From positions 1 to 60,026 of IMG/VR virus record IMGVR_UViG_3300009448_000013: a DNA stretch of 60,026 bases; one strand, given 5' to 3'. Under the pieces are notes generated by a model. It was not told where the DNA came from. It made no database searches and saw only the letters and a list, made by a program, of their open reading frames with translations. Positions 1 through 9,241 of this stretch are shown here, piece after piece; within the stretch, counting starts at the first letter, position 1, and each line of letters opens with the position of its first letter. This DNA comes from a virus. Taxonomy: Duplodnaviria > Caudoviricetes. Position numbers and translations under genes: made by a program.

Positions 1-184
1 CGCGCTGCGCCAGCTCGACCGCGACCTCGCCGAACGAAGTCGGGGCGCGACGGGCGAGGTGCACGCGCTCATCGCATACATGCGCTTTCGACTGACCACG
101 ATCGCCAGTGGTCTTACACCGCCCCACGAAAAGCACGCGTTCACCCCGGCGGGGGCTCGACGCCTCTCGCACGAGATGAACTAA
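1..184 (+). CDS. 3' part of a 74-aa hypothetical protein that starts at 59974 and crosses the circular junction
   Basis: Open frame ALRQLDRDLAERS...HEMN* continues in frame from ATG 59974 (GGAGG RBS) across the 12-bp terminal overlap. Confidence 0.7.
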   Translation, partial: ALRQLDRDLAERSRGATGEVHALIAYMRFRLTTIASGLTPPHEKHAFTPAGARRLSHEMN

Positions 185-198
185 CTCCCGGCTCCGAC

Positions 199-432
199 AT
201 GGGAGGCATCGAGGGCATGGGCAAGGCGGCGGAAGTCATGCGCCAGATCGCCGACCAGATCCGAGCGCACGGGCACGTCGTCGAATACACCGACGCCGAC
301 CGTGGTCGAACGTTCCCCCCGCCGGCTGTACGTAAGTCGCGATCGAAAGACGCGCCGGAGAAAGCCGCGCGGCAAGCGCCTCGCAAGAGGGTCCAGAATC
401 GCGCGGCAGGGTCGCGCGGGGGGAAATCCTGA
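199..432 (+). CDS. hypothetical protein
   Basis: 77-aa ORF, TGATG-coupled to the next gene. Confidence 0.45.
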   Translation: MGGIEGMGKAAEVMRQIADQIRAHGHVVEYTDADRGRTFPPPAVRKSRSKDAPEKAARQAPRKRVQNRAAGSRGGKS

Positions 433-995
433 TGGCGCGACTGATGTCGTTCGCGCTCACCGAAACGCCGCTCATGACGGGCGCGAAGGACGTCACGCGC
501 CGGCTCGGCTTTCGTGACGCCAAGGTCGACGAGTGGTTTCAAGCCGTCCGTAAAGCGATGGGCCTGCGCAAGGGCGAGCAGGTCACGCGCTTGTGTATGG
601 TGCAAATGCGCGCAGTGAGCTTCGAACCGCTCGAGGCGATCACGCCCGACGAGGTGCGTCGCGAGGGTTTCCCCGAGATGACGCCGCCCGAGTTCGTGTC
701 GATGTTCTGCGCGGCCCATCGCGCCAAACGCTGTCGACCCGACACCGAGGTGACGCGGCTAGCGTTCGTGTCGACGGCACGCACGATCATTCACGTGCTA
801 GCCAACGGCCTCGCGCTCTGCGGCAAGGCGGGTCCGCCGGGTGAGCTGTGGCCCGCCGCTCACCGGTGGGTCTCGTTCGAGGACCCCGGCGCTCACCATG
901 CCAATTGCACCCGGTGCGTCGAGGCGCTGCTCGCCATGCGAGTGCGGCTCGCGCGGCCGTTCGAGGAGTACCGACGCCATGCCAGCCAAAGTTAG
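432..995 (+). CDS. ASCH/PUA-like domain protein
   Basis: SF...GAKDVTRRLG and LEAITPDEVRREGF motifs typical of phage ASCH proteins. Confidence 0.7.
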   Translation: MARLMSFALTETPLMTGAKDVTRRLGFRDAKVDEWFQAVRKAMGLRKGEQVTRLCMVQMRAVSFEPLEAITPDEVRREGFPEMTPPEFVSMFCAAHRAKRCRPDTEVTRLAFVSTARTIIHVLANGLALCGKAGPPGELWPAAHRWVSFEDPGAHHANCTRCVEALLAMRVRLARPFEEYRRHASQS

Positions 996-1037
996 ACGCT
1001 ACGCGCAAGACACTGAGGTTCCCGCGGGCAAGAGCTC
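979..1037 (+). pseudogene. truncated 5' end of a common phage protein (MPAKVRRYAQDTEVPAGKS)
   Basis: Resembles the RYAxxTxVPxxxS N-terminus of a widespread phage family; the rest of the frame is the shadow of the opposite gene. Confidence 0.4.
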
Positions 1038-1261
1038 CCCTCGGGCGAGACCGTCGGCGACGACGCGCACTCGCCGCGAGCTCGGTGGCGCTCTTTGGCG
1101 AGCTTCTTTTTGCGGCGGCAATAGATGCGATACGCGAGCCGCTCGGCCGTCGCGAGGTCGAGCGCCTCGACGTAAACGACGCTGCCGTCGGCCTGCGCAA
1201 TCTCGCGAACGCTCTCGACCTTGCCCGTGTCCGGGTTGAATTCGACCCGCCAGTACCGCAT
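992..1261 (-). CDS. hypothetical protein, possibly 3'-truncated
   Basis: 89-aa ORF with protein-like composition; the only apparent minus-strand gene in a plus-strand block. Confidence 0.5.
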   Translation of the reverse strand: MRYWRVEFNPDTGKVESVREIAQADGSVVYVEALDLATAERLAYRIYCRRKKKLAKERHRARGECASSPTVSPEGSSCPREPQCLARSV

Positions 1262-1448
1262 TGAAACATGATGCGCTCGCGCGCTCGTTCACACAATGCC
1301 CCGCGTCAGCACGGTGTGTTCCAACGTGAGACGCTCGACGACTGAACGCGCGTCGTCGCTCGTCGCTGGGGCTTGCGCGACGCCTCGCGATCGCTATTGT
1401 GCACAGTTCGTGGGCTCGCATGTCGCGAGCTCGGGGAAGGGTTCCGCT

Positions 1449-2555
1449 ATGATGGGGAGTCAGGCCGTTAACGACGTCGACGCGAGCTCGGCGCGCGTCA
1501 ATCCGTTCGAGTCGCATTGCACGGCGACCGGCATCAATTCGACCGATCGCGCCGCGTGGCTCGCTGCGCGGCGCACGGGGCTCGGCGGCAGCGACGTCGC
1601 CGCGATCCTGCACCTGCACCCGTATAAGAGCGCGCTCGAGGTGTACGCCGACAAGGTCGGCGCGTCCGCGCCCGACGCCGACGCGGGCGAAATAGCGCTG
1701 TGGGGCCACATTCTCGAGGGGCCGATCCTCGCCGAGTTCGCGCGCCGCACGAAACGCACCGTGCTCGCGAGCGGTGAGCTGTTCAAGAGCAAGGCCCGCC
1801 GCTCGCTCATCGTCACACCCGACGGCATACAGCTCGACTGCGCGCCGCGGTGGGCGGTCGGGCCCGGCACCGCCGAAGTCAAAACCACCGGCTACGGCGC
1901 GCAGTGGCACGAGGAAATCCCCGCCTACGTGCAGGTGCAAAAGCAACACGAGATGCTCGTGACGGGCGCGACGTGGGGTTCGTTGATTTGGTTGCCGCTG
2001 CCCGAGCGTAAACTGCAGTGGTTCGACGTTGCGCCGCACCGCGAGTTTCAGGCCATGCTCGCAGAAAAGTGCAGCGAGTTTTGGCTGCGCGTGATCGAGC
2101 GGCGCCCGCCCGACCCCGACGGCAGCGAGAGCGCCCGGCGCGCGCTGCACGCGCTGCACCCCGAGCTCGACGACCAGACGATCGAGCTCGACCAAGACGC
2201 CGAGGCCGTCGCCGACGAGGCCGAGCGGATCGCCGCCGCGATCGCCGCGCTCGAGGAGCGCAAAAAGCTGATCTCGAACCGAGTCATCGCGACGCTCGGC
2301 AGCGAGAAAGTCGCGCTGCTCTCGAGCGGGCGTTACTGGAATAGCTGGACGTGCGAGCCGCGCGAGACGAAATGCCCGTCGTGCGATGCCGTCACGGGCA
2401 CGACCGCAGGCTTTCGCGCGGTGCGCCTCATGCAGCCGCGTAAGAAGCCGCACCCCTTGCCCGTCGAGCGGCGCTCGCTCGCGACGCCGGCGTCGGCCGA
2501 GATTGCCAAGCTGCTCGAGGCCTCACTCGAGAGCGTGCGCCGGGGGGCGGCGTGA
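1449..2555 (+). CDS. YqaJ-like viral recombinase/exonuclease (RecE partner of RecT)
   Basis: WLAARRTGLGGSDVAAI, WGHILE, TPDG, EVKT, QVQ motifs; start uncertain. Confidence 0.9.
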   Translation: MMGSQAVNDVDASSARVNPFESHCTATGINSTDRAAWLAARRTGLGGSDVAAILHLHPYKSALEVYADKVGASAPDADAGEIALWGHILEGPILAEFARRTKRTVLASGELFKSKARRSLIVTPDGIQLDCAPRWAVGPGTAEVKTTGYGAQWHEEIPAYVQVQKQHEMLVTGATWGSLIWLPLPERKLQWFDVAPHREFQAMLAEKCSEFWLRVIERRPPDPDGSESARRALHALHPELDDQTIELDQDAEAVADEAERIAAAIAALEERKKLISNRVIATLGSEKVALLSSGRYWNSWTCEPRETKCPSCDAVTGTTAGFRAVRLMQPRKKPHPLPVERRSLATPASAEIAKLLEASLESVRRGAA

Positions 2556-3007
2556 ATCACGAATATTGGCTGCGCCGAGCTGCCGAGGTCGCGTCGCGTG
2601 CAACGTGCCGCCGCAAGCGCTGCGGCGCGGTCGTCATAGTAAACGAGGTCGTCGGCGGCGTCGGTTGGAACGGTCCGCCGCCGGGCGTCGCGCACCGTTG
2701 CCTCGTTGCCAAGGCGAGCAAGGCGCACCCTCGCTCGGATCGCACCTGCTGCGTTCACGCCGAGCAACGCGCGCTCATCGAATACGCTCGAGGCAACTGG
2801 CAAGGGCGACGGCCACGGCTTTATTTTGCTCGGCTCGACGACGCTGGAACCATCGCGCCATCAGGCCACCCGTATTGCACGATGTGTTCGCGCATGGCCC
2901 TCGACGTCGGCATTCACGAATGGATCATGCTGACCGGCGACGGCGTGCAGGTGTGGCCCGCCGCCGTGTTCGACGAGCTCTCTCACCAGGAGCCGCCCAA
3001 CCCGTGA
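2552..3007 (+). CDS. dCMP deaminase-like protein
   Basis: HAEQRA and PYCTMC zinc motifs; GWNG. Confidence 0.85.
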   Translation: MNHEYWLRRAAEVASRATCRRKRCGAVVIVNEVVGGVGWNGPPPGVAHRCLVAKASKAHPRSDRTCCVHAEQRALIEYARGNWQGRRPRLYFARLDDAGTIAPSGHPYCTMCSRMALDVGIHEWIMLTGDGVQVWPAAVFDELSHQEPPNP

Positions 3008-3327
3008 GCACGCGGGCCACCAAATACCCCGAGCCCGCCATGGGCGAACGCGGGCGCCTGCGCCGCATGCAGCTCGGCTATTCGCTGCGGTCGCTCGCCG
3101 CCATGATCGGAGTGACGCCGGCCCACATGCGCGACCTCGAACGCGATGGCGCTACGACGATCCGATCTGTTCGGAGATGGGCCGTCGCCCTCCAAATGGA
3201 TCCCGGCGAGCTCGCGTTCGGCGCGACGAAACCCGTTCCGCTCCGGAACGGTCGCGACGATTTTCGCTCAAGCCCCGATTGCGTCGACCGTTCACGGGGC
3301 CATGAAGCGCACGACGACCGCCACTGA
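3004..3327 (+). CDS. XRE/Cro-like HTH regulator
   Basis: RRMQLGYSLRSLAAMIGVTPAHMRDLERD helix-turn-helix; GTGA overlap with upstream gene. Confidence 0.75.
   Translation: MSTRATKYPEPAMGERGRLRRMQLGYSLRSLAAMIGVTPAHMRDLERDGATTIRSVRRWAVALQMDPGELAFGATKPVPLRNGRDDFRSSPDCVDRSRGHEAHDDRH
3268..3294 (+). promoter_or_regulatory. sigma28-like promoter copy
   Basis: TCAA-N15-ACCGTTCA, ATG 7 nt downstream; same motif at 9 other sites. Confidence 0.7.
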
Positions 3328-3508
3328 AGTTGCTACGATGACCGACGACGAGCGCGCGCAAGCCGCTCGCGACAACTGCCGAACCACAATCGCGCAGCTC
3401 ACCCGCTTGGAACAACAGGCCGTTCCGTCTCTCGCCAAGGCCGAACGCGCCGCCGCCGGCGCCTGCTTTCGCAACGTGACGACGATCCTCAACCGAAAGG
3501 TCCGATAA
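3302..3508 (+). CDS. small hypothetical protein (leaderless)
   Basis: ATG directly after the promoter motif; 68 aa. Confidence 0.6.
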   Translation: MKRTTTATEVATMTDDERAQAARDNCRTTIAQLTRLEQQAVPSLAKAERAAAGACFRNVTTILNRKVR

Positions 3509-3511
3509 CCG

Positions 3512-4687
3512 ATGACTGAGCCCGCCCGCAAAACCACCGGCCCCGGCCCCGCCAAGGGCAAACCCGATCGCCCCGTCGAACGCATCGACGAGGTGCGATC
3601 GCTCGTGCGCAAGACGATGCCCGGCTACGTCGCCAAGCTGCTCGGCAAAGACGCCGACGTGCAGCGGTTCGTTTACATGTTCATGAACGCGATCGAGGGC
3701 GGCCCCGCCGACCTCGTGCGTTGCACGAATGGCTCGCTCGCGCGCGCGATGCTGCTCGCCGCCGAGGTGCGGCTCGAGGTCGGCCGCGGGCCGTACCCTC
3801 ACGCCTACCTGATCCCCTATTGGAATTCGCAAGCCCTCGGCAAAGACCAGGGCGCGCACGAGGCGCAGTTGCAAATCAGCGTGTGGGGTTACACCGAGCT
3901 CGTGCGCCGCGCCGGCGTGCGCAAGGTGTGGGCCGACGTCGTGTGCGAGGCCGACGAGTTCGAGTGCATCAGTGGCACCGCGGGTAAGCAGATCGTGCAC
4001 AAACCCAATTGGTTCGGCACGCGCGCCGATCGCGGGCATGTGCTCGGCTCCTACGCCTGCGCGTTGCTTGAGAACGGCGAAACCGTGTTCGAGCCCGTCT
4101 CGCGCGAGGAGCTCGAAACGGCGCGCGCTCAGAACCGCGGCAAGTCGCCGGCGTGGGATCTGTGGTTCGAGCAGCAGTGCCAGAAAGTCGCGCTCAAGCG
4201 CTTGAGCAAGTATCTGCCGAAAGGCGACCAGGCCGATCGCGCGCTCTTGATCGACGAGGACCCAAACACCAAGCCGACGATCGACGTGCCCGGGCTCGAC
4301 GTGACCGACCGCGACGGCGGCAGCGTCCGCTCGCAGCCGGCGCAGGGTCCGCTCGACCAGGCCGTCGCCGACGCCAAGGCCGCCGACGCTTCCGCCAGTT
4401 GGGGCACACCGCCTGCGGCGAGCGGTGTCAAGACTGGCCCGGGGTGGGTTTCGAGCAGCCCGCACGATCCGACGCTCATCGACCGCGACAAGCTGTTCGC
4501 GATGCTGGTCGACGCCGACGAACGGTGGGCCTCGCGGCGCTCGCGAGTCGATGGCTGGGACGAGGTCGAAGCGTTGAGCGTGTGGCGTTTCCTGCGCGTC
4601 GTGCTGCACGACGGCCCAGCCGATGGCGAGGCGCCGCCCGAAATCCCGGCGTGCATGCGCATCGAGCGCGACGAGGCGGCCGCGTGA
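3512..4687 (+). CDS. recT: RecT-family single-strand annealing protein
   Basis: SLARAMLLAAEVRL, AYLIPY, AQLQISVWGY, SPAWDLWFEQQCQKVALKRLSKYLP. Confidence 0.9.
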   Translation: MTEPARKTTGPGPAKGKPDRPVERIDEVRSLVRKTMPGYVAKLLGKDADVQRFVYMFMNAIEGGPADLVRCTNGSLARAMLLAAEVRLEVGRGPYPHAYLIPYWNSQALGKDQGAHEAQLQISVWGYTELVRRAGVRKVWADVVCEADEFECISGTAGKQIVHKPNWFGTRADRGHVLGSYACALLENGETVFEPVSREELETARAQNRGKSPAWDLWFEQQCQKVALKRLSKYLPKGDQADRALLIDEDPNTKPTIDVPGLDVTDRDGGSVRSQPAQGPLDQAVADAKAADASASWGTPPAASGVKTGPGWVSSSPHDPTLIDRDKLFAMLVDADERWASRRSRVDGWDEVEALSVWRFLRVVLHDGPADGEAPPEIPACMRIERDEAAA

Positions 4688-4962
4688 GCGCGGCCGACGT
4701 CGTGATCTGGATTCTCGTCGTCGTGCTCGTCGCGGTCGTCGTGCTCGGGCTCGGCCTCGCCGGCGGGTTCGAGGGGCCCGCCGGCGTGCTGCTCTCGCCG
4801 CGTCGCATGGCCCGAGTGCGGGCCTCGTACGAAAAGCTCGGGCCGACGCCCGAGGCACGTGAGCGGAACTTTCACGCCCTCGTCGAGGCCGAGCGACGTA
4901 ACCGCATGGCCGAGCGTGACGCATACTGGCAGCGCCGAAGTAGGAGAGAGGCGCCGCCGTGA
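4684..4962 (+). CDS. small membrane protein
   Basis: N-terminal hydrophobic helix VVIWILVVVLVAVVVLGLG; GTGA coupling. Confidence 0.6.
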   Translation: MSAADVVIWILVVVLVAVVVLGLGLAGGFEGPAGVLLSPRRMARVRASYEKLGPTPEARERNFHALVEAERRNRMAERDAYWQRRSRREAPP

Positions 4963-5258
4963 CGCCCGCCAACGACACGGCCGAGCCCTGCACGCGGTCG
5001 GCTGCCCTCGACGCCGGCGAGCGCTACGCCGCCCGGCACCCCGGCGACGCCCTCGTGCTGCGCCACACGGGCGCCGACGGTCAGCGCTGGCAGCTCGTTT
5101 CCCACCACCCCGAGCACGGGCTCGCCGTCGCGCGCTTCAAACGCGACCGCGACACGCTCGTGCGAGGGGGACTCGCGATCTGGAATCACGGCATTGTGAC
5201 GCGGTTCGAGCTCGGCGAGCTCGCCGAGGGCGCTGTGCGCCGATCCGGCACAGACTGA
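4959..5258 (+). CDS. hypothetical protein
   Basis: 99-aa ORF with RBS, coupled to neighbours. Confidence 0.55.
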   Translation: MTPANDTAEPCTRSAALDAGERYAARHPGDALVLRHTGADGQRWQLVSHHPEHGLAVARFKRDRDTLVRGGLAIWNHGIVTRFELGELAEGAVRRSGTD

Positions 5259-5264
5259 TTTCGC

Positions 5265-5291
5265 TAAAGGTTGGTCCACTCGAACCGTTCT
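5265..5291 (+). promoter_or_regulatory. sigma28-like promoter copy
   Basis: TAAA-N15-ACCGTTCT, ATG 8 nt downstream. Confidence 0.65.
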
Positions 5292-5299
5292 GAGGGGTC

Positions 5300-5500
5300 A
5301 TGAACGCAACGAACCTCACCCGCAAAACCCTCCCGCCGCCCGCGGGATACGCCGCCACCGTCGCCCGCTCGCGCAACGTGCTCACCGCGACGCTGCCCGT
5401 CGACGAGCGCTCGTATGCCGCGCTGCGCGCGATTCGCTCGCAGATCGTTCGCGAGATGTACGACGAGACGACCCCCTCGAACGTTTTCGGGGCGCAGTGA
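5300..5500 (+). CDS. small hypothetical protein (leaderless)
   Basis: N-terminus MNATNLTRKTL resembles MNATQSRKTL at 53354. Confidence 0.6.
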   Translation: MNATNLTRKTLPPPAGYAATVARSRNVLTATLPVDERSYAALRAIRSQIVREMYDETTPSNVFGAQ

Positions 5501-5763
5501 TCCGCCGCACGCACCCGGCCCTCGCGGGCCTGCAATGCCGAATCGGCCGCCCGCTGCCCGGGCGCCGCCCCGTTTCGCACCACTACCTCGCCGGCTACAA
5601 TGCCGCGATCCAGGCCTGCAATGCCGAGGGCGCCGTCGTCCTCGAGCAGGGCGAGCCGAAAGGGTTCGTTAACGATTACGTCGACGGCTGGCGCTCGGGG
5701 CTCGCAATGGCGCGAGCACTCGGCGTGCGCGAGCTCGTCGCCGTCGGAGGGGAATCATCATGA
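5497..5763 (+). CDS. hypothetical protein
   Basis: Translationally coupled ORF. Confidence 0.55.
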   Translation: MIRRTHPALAGLQCRIGRPLPGRRPVSHHYLAGYNAAIQACNAEGAVVLEQGEPKGFVNDYVDGWRSGLAMARALGVRELVAVGGESS

Positions 5764-5984
5764 TCAGAACGTTCCTAAACGCTGTCCTCGGCACCTCGTC
5801 GCCCCCGCCGGCGAACGACTCCGATCTCGCCGAGACACTGCCCCCGTCGAGCGCGTCCATGAGCGACGTCGACCTGCTCGAGCCCTCGCCGAGCAGCCTG
5901 CGCGCGCCGCCCTCGCCCGTGTTCGCGAGCGACATTGCCTGTTACATGGCCCTCGCCGGCCGCTGCGAAAGCGACGTGTCGTAA
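5760..5984 (+). CDS. low-complexity protein containing three palindrome-family copies
   Basis: Coupled ORF; motif variants at 5798, 5846, 5912. Confidence 0.45.
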   Translation: MIRTFLNAVLGTSSPPPANDSDLAETLPPSSASMSDVDLLEPSPSSLRAPPSPVFASDIACYMALAGRCESDVS

Positions 5985-6178
5985 TGTGGCACCCCCACTA
6001 CCTCGCCCCGGCCGACGCCGAGCGGCTCGCGCTCATCGCCGAGATTGCCGCCGCCGAGACCCACGGCCCGTCGAGCGACGTCGGCCGGCAGGTGCTCGAG
6101 TTCGTGCGCTCCGAGCCGGGCCGCTATCGGGTGTGCAATGACATCGAGCGCGCGTTCGCCGTCGAGGTGTCGGCGTGA
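5984..6178 (+). CDS. hypothetical protein
   Basis: TAATG coupling; MWHPHYL... Confidence 0.5.
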   Translation: MWHPHYLAPADAERLALIAEIAAAETHGPSSDVGRQVLEFVRSEPGRYRVCNDIERAFAVEVSA

Positions 6179-6489
6179 ACACGCCGACCTTGCGCTCGCC
6201 TACGCGGTCGACGATGCCCTCGGCGGCGTGCCTCTGCTGCGCCGAGCAGCAATGCCCCGAGCACTACAGCCGAGAGCTCGAGCCGCACGACGAGACCGTC
6301 GCCGAGCTGCAGAGCGTCGTCGTCGCGATGCGCCACCGCGGCGAGTCTGACGACCTGCTCGATCTCGAGCTCGAGATCACCCACGCCTATAACAAATTGC
6401 GTCGGGCCACGCTGCCCGCCGACCGAATCCGCAACGCGATCGCGCTCGCCGCGCTCGCCGTCCGTTACCGAGAGGAACTCGCGCCATGA
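6175..6489 (+). CDS. hypothetical protein
   Basis: Coupled ORF; Cys-rich N-terminus. Confidence 0.55.
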   Translation: MNTPTLRSPTRSTMPSAACLCCAEQQCPEHYSRELEPHDETVAELQSVVVAMRHRGESDDLLDLELEITHAYNKLRRATLPADRIRNAIALAALAVRYREELAP

Positions 6490-7733
6490 CCGAAAAACCC
6501 CTGCGCATCGTCGAGCTCAAGATTCAGAACATCAAGCGGATCCGCGCCGTGTGCGTAAAGCCGAACGGCGACCCCACGGTCATCATTGGCGGCGAGAACG
6601 GCGCCGGCAAAACCAGCGTGCTCGACGCGATCGAAATGGCGTTCGCCGGCGCCCGCGCGATCCCCGAGGACCCGATCCGGCACGGGGCAAAGCAGGGCTC
6701 GATCGTCGCGAACCTCGGCGACCTGGTCGTCGAGCGCGTGATCACGAAAACCGGTACCACGCTCACCGTGCGCGACGCCGACGGTAACAAGCAGAGCTCG
6801 CCGCAATCGCTGCTCGACAAGCTGTGCGCGCGCATCGCGTTCGACCCGCTCGCGTTCATGGGCCTAGAACCGGCCAAGCAAAACGAGCTCATGCGGCAAC
6901 TGCTCGGGCTCGACTTTTCGAAGCTCGACGCCGAACGACAGCGCGCCTACGACCAGCGCACCACCATCGCCCGCGACGCCAAGGCGGCCCGCACGAACGC
7001 CGAGGCCATCGTCGTGCCGCCGAGCACGCCAGCCGAGGGCGTCGTTGTCGCCGACCTGCTCGCGCAACTGCGCGAGGCGAACCGCGTCGGCGACGCGCAC
7101 AAGCTGCACGCGCGCAAGGTGGCCGATGCGTCGACGGCCGTCGTCGAGGCCGCCAAGGCCGTGCAGGTCGCCGAGGTGGCGCTCATGCAAGCCAAGGGCA
7201 AGGCCGCCCAACTAGCCCGCGAGGCGCTGCCCGCGCTCGTCGCGGTCGAGCCGATCGAGACGGCGCTCGCCGCGGCCGAGACCACGAACCGCAACGTCGC
7301 CTCGCGCAAACAACGCGACGAGCTCGAGGCGAAAGCCAACGGGCTCGACGCCGAGGCCGCGAAGCTGACCGCTCGCATCGAGGCGATCGACGCCGACAAG
7401 GCCGCTCAGATCGCCGCGCAACCCTTTCCCGTGGCGGGCCTCGCCCTTGGCGAGAACGGGCCGACGCTCGACAACGTGCCGCTCGAGCAAGCGAGCGCCG
7501 CCCAAAAGCTGCGGGTGTCGGTCGCCCTCGGCCTCGCCCGGCACCCTCGGCTGAAAGTGCTGCTCGTGCGCGACGCCTCGCTGCTCGACAAAAACTCGCT
7601 CGCCCTGGTCTCGCAAATGGCCGCCGACGCCGGCGCGCAGGTGTGGCTCGAACGCGTCGGCGACGGCGACCCGACGGCGGTCGTCATTGCCGACGGCCAG
7701 GTCGAGCGCGAGCCGACGCACGACGCGGCGTGA
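6486..7733 (+). CDS. SMC/SbcC-like ATPase with coiled coil
   Basis: Walker A GENGAGKTS, central coiled coil, SAAQK signature, LLVRDASLLD Walker B-like. Confidence 0.85.
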   Translation: MTEKPLRIVELKIQNIKRIRAVCVKPNGDPTVIIGGENGAGKTSVLDAIEMAFAGARAIPEDPIRHGAKQGSIVANLGDLVVERVITKTGTTLTVRDADGNKQSSPQSLLDKLCARIAFDPLAFMGLEPAKQNELMRQLLGLDFSKLDAERQRAYDQRTTIARDAKAARTNAEAIVVPPSTPAEGVVVADLLAQLREANRVGDAHKLHARKVADASTAVVEAAKAVQVAEVALMQAKGKAAQLAREALPALVAVEPIETALAAAETTNRNVASRKQRDELEAKANGLDAEAAKLTARIEAIDADKAAQIAAQPFPVAGLALGENGPTLDNVPLEQASAAQKLRVSVALGLARHPRLKVLLVRDASLLDKNSLALVSQMAADAGAQVWLERVGDGDPTAVVIADGQVEREPTHDAA

Positions 7734-8104
7734 GTGGCCAACAAAACGAATTGTTTAACGTGAAACACTCCGCCAACGCCAACGCCTTGTGCCCCCGCTG
7801 CGGCGACGAGGGCGAGCTCGTGAGCCAGGGGGGCGGTCGGTGGTGGGAATGCTCGTGCCCGAGCTGCGGCGACGGCCGCCTCGGGCTGTTCGGCGCGGGA
7901 CCGAGTCAACTCGTCGCCGTCGACCGTTGGATCGAGGCGACCGAGCTCGCGCTGCTGCAAGGCAGCGTTGCCTCGACGGCAGTTGGGTCGCCGAGGTCAG
8001 CCAAGCCGCATGGGGTCATCGCGCCCCCAAGGCGACGTGGCTTTTGCTGGTCGGCGCCGACCCGCCAGACACAGACTGGTCGCGGCCGAAAACGGAGGCC
8101 GTAA
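7730..8104 (+). CDS. zinc-ribbon protein (Lar-like), C-terminus probably chimeric
   Basis: CPRCG...CSCPSCG; GTGA coupling. Confidence 0.5.
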   Translation: MSGQQNELFNVKHSANANALCPRCGDEGELVSQGGGRWWECSCPSCGDGRLGLFGAGPSQLVAVDRWIEATELALLQGSVASTAVGSPRSAKPHGVIAPPRRRGFCWSAPTRQTQTGRGRKRRP

Positions 8105-8224
8105 TCAGCGGCGCAGCCAACCGGTGCAGCGTGGAAAAACGAGTGTGGAGCGCAGAGGCCAGAAAGACGCCCCCCCCTCTTTGCCGAATTTCTCGTCGAC
8201 ATCGCCCGAAAGGTAGTCCGCTGA
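7975..8224 (+). pseudogene. C-terminal fragment of a phage cytosine-methylase-like protein with a C8-tract frameshift
   Basis: WVAEVSQAAWGHRAPKATWL...RKTPP; removing one C from C8 (8170-8177) gives PLFAEFLVDIARKVVR* whose stop overlaps the ATG at 8224; no 5' half seen. Confidence 0.5.
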
Positions 8225-8586
8225 TGGCCTCACGACGCCGCACCCAATCGCTCGAGGCGATACGCGCCGCGCGCGCCGCCCAATACACCGACGCGGAACG
8301 CGAGCTCGTGACGGCGCCGTGTCGACTGCATTCCCGAAACGCGGTCTGCGATCAGTGCTGCGGCATGGCGCGAACGGATAGCCTCGGGTTCCCCCACCCG
8401 GCTTTCGCCAAGGGCCGCACCCGCTGCCGCCTCTGCCCCGTGTGCGGCAAGCTGAAAACGATCGACGAGTGGAACGTCGACGAGGTCGCGCTGCGCAAGG
8501 GCGAGGCGTGGCGCGGCGGGGTCTGCAAGTCGTGCACGGCCGCGGGCGACGGGCTCGCCTCGCTGCACCGGGAACTCGCGCCATGA
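8224..8586 (+). CDS. Cys-rich (zinc-finger) hypothetical protein
   Basis: CDQC, CPVC, CKSC. Confidence 0.6.
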   Translation: MASRRRTQSLEAIRAARAAQYTDAERELVTAPCRLHSRNAVCDQCCGMARTDSLGFPHPAFAKGRTRCRLCPVCGKLKTIDEWNVDEVALRKGEAWRGGVCKSCTAAGDGLASLHRELAP

Positions 8587-8888
8587 GGGGCATCGTGCGG
8601 CTCTGCCAGTGGTGTCGCTGCGAGCTCCCGGCGACGGCCCCCACCTGGCAGCGGCATTGCTCGAAAGCCTGCCGTCAACGGTGGTGGCGCGCCCGCAAGG
8701 TGTCGCTGATGGAGGGAGCCGACGGGCCCCCGAAACGCATCGCCTACGCCGACCCGCCGTTTCCGGGCATGGCTCGCAAATACTACCAGCACGAGCCGAC
8801 GTATGCGGGCGAGGTCGACCACCGGGCGCTGCTCGCCGAGCTCGTGACGTTCGACGGCTGGGCAGCGACGTGCGCCTCGTGGAGGTAA
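8583..8888 (+). pseudogene. N-terminal half of an amino-type DNA methyltransferase (C-half at 50524-50905, minus strand)
   Basis: Zn finger, then catalytic YADPPF and GEVDH...DGWA; stops 6 codons later with no SAM-binding motif. Confidence 0.8.
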
Positions 8889-9037
8889 ATCCGCGCGAGC
8901 TCGGCGAACAACTCCTCGGCAATGCCGGCAGCGCTATCAGGCTCGGCTGGGCCGCCTCGGCCCTGCGCGACGCGCAAGAGCGTTAGCCGGATGGCGTGAA
9001 AGCGCTCGGGCTTCATGTGGGGTAGCTGCTCGGTCAT
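8861..9037 (-). pseudogene. 5' half of a hypothetical gene (MTEQLPHMKPERF...) whose 3' half lies at 50913-51329 (+)
   Basis: GGAGG RBS; joins in frame through the shared CGCTGCC to AKGLVDRALVEEL... Confidence 0.65.
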
Positions 9038-9241
9038 TCGTCGGGTGCCTCCGATAAAAGACGGGCGACGACGACCGCTCGACGGGGGGGGAATCGAGTT
9101 CGGCCGCCGTCGCCCCGAAACCAAGAGAGCACGACGCTAGCGCGCAGCGCCACGATTTTTTCGGCGCAGCCGATCGATTTGTGTGCCGATTGCGCACGTG
9201 GACCCGAGGGCCTGCACGGGGTAATTTTGACCTGAACCGAC

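Noticed and set aside
432-995. Functional link between the ASCH protein and MuF-GNAT as an eraser/writer pair
   Set aside because: The genes are 19 kb apart in different operons and ASCH proteins are common in phages; nothing in the sequence links them.
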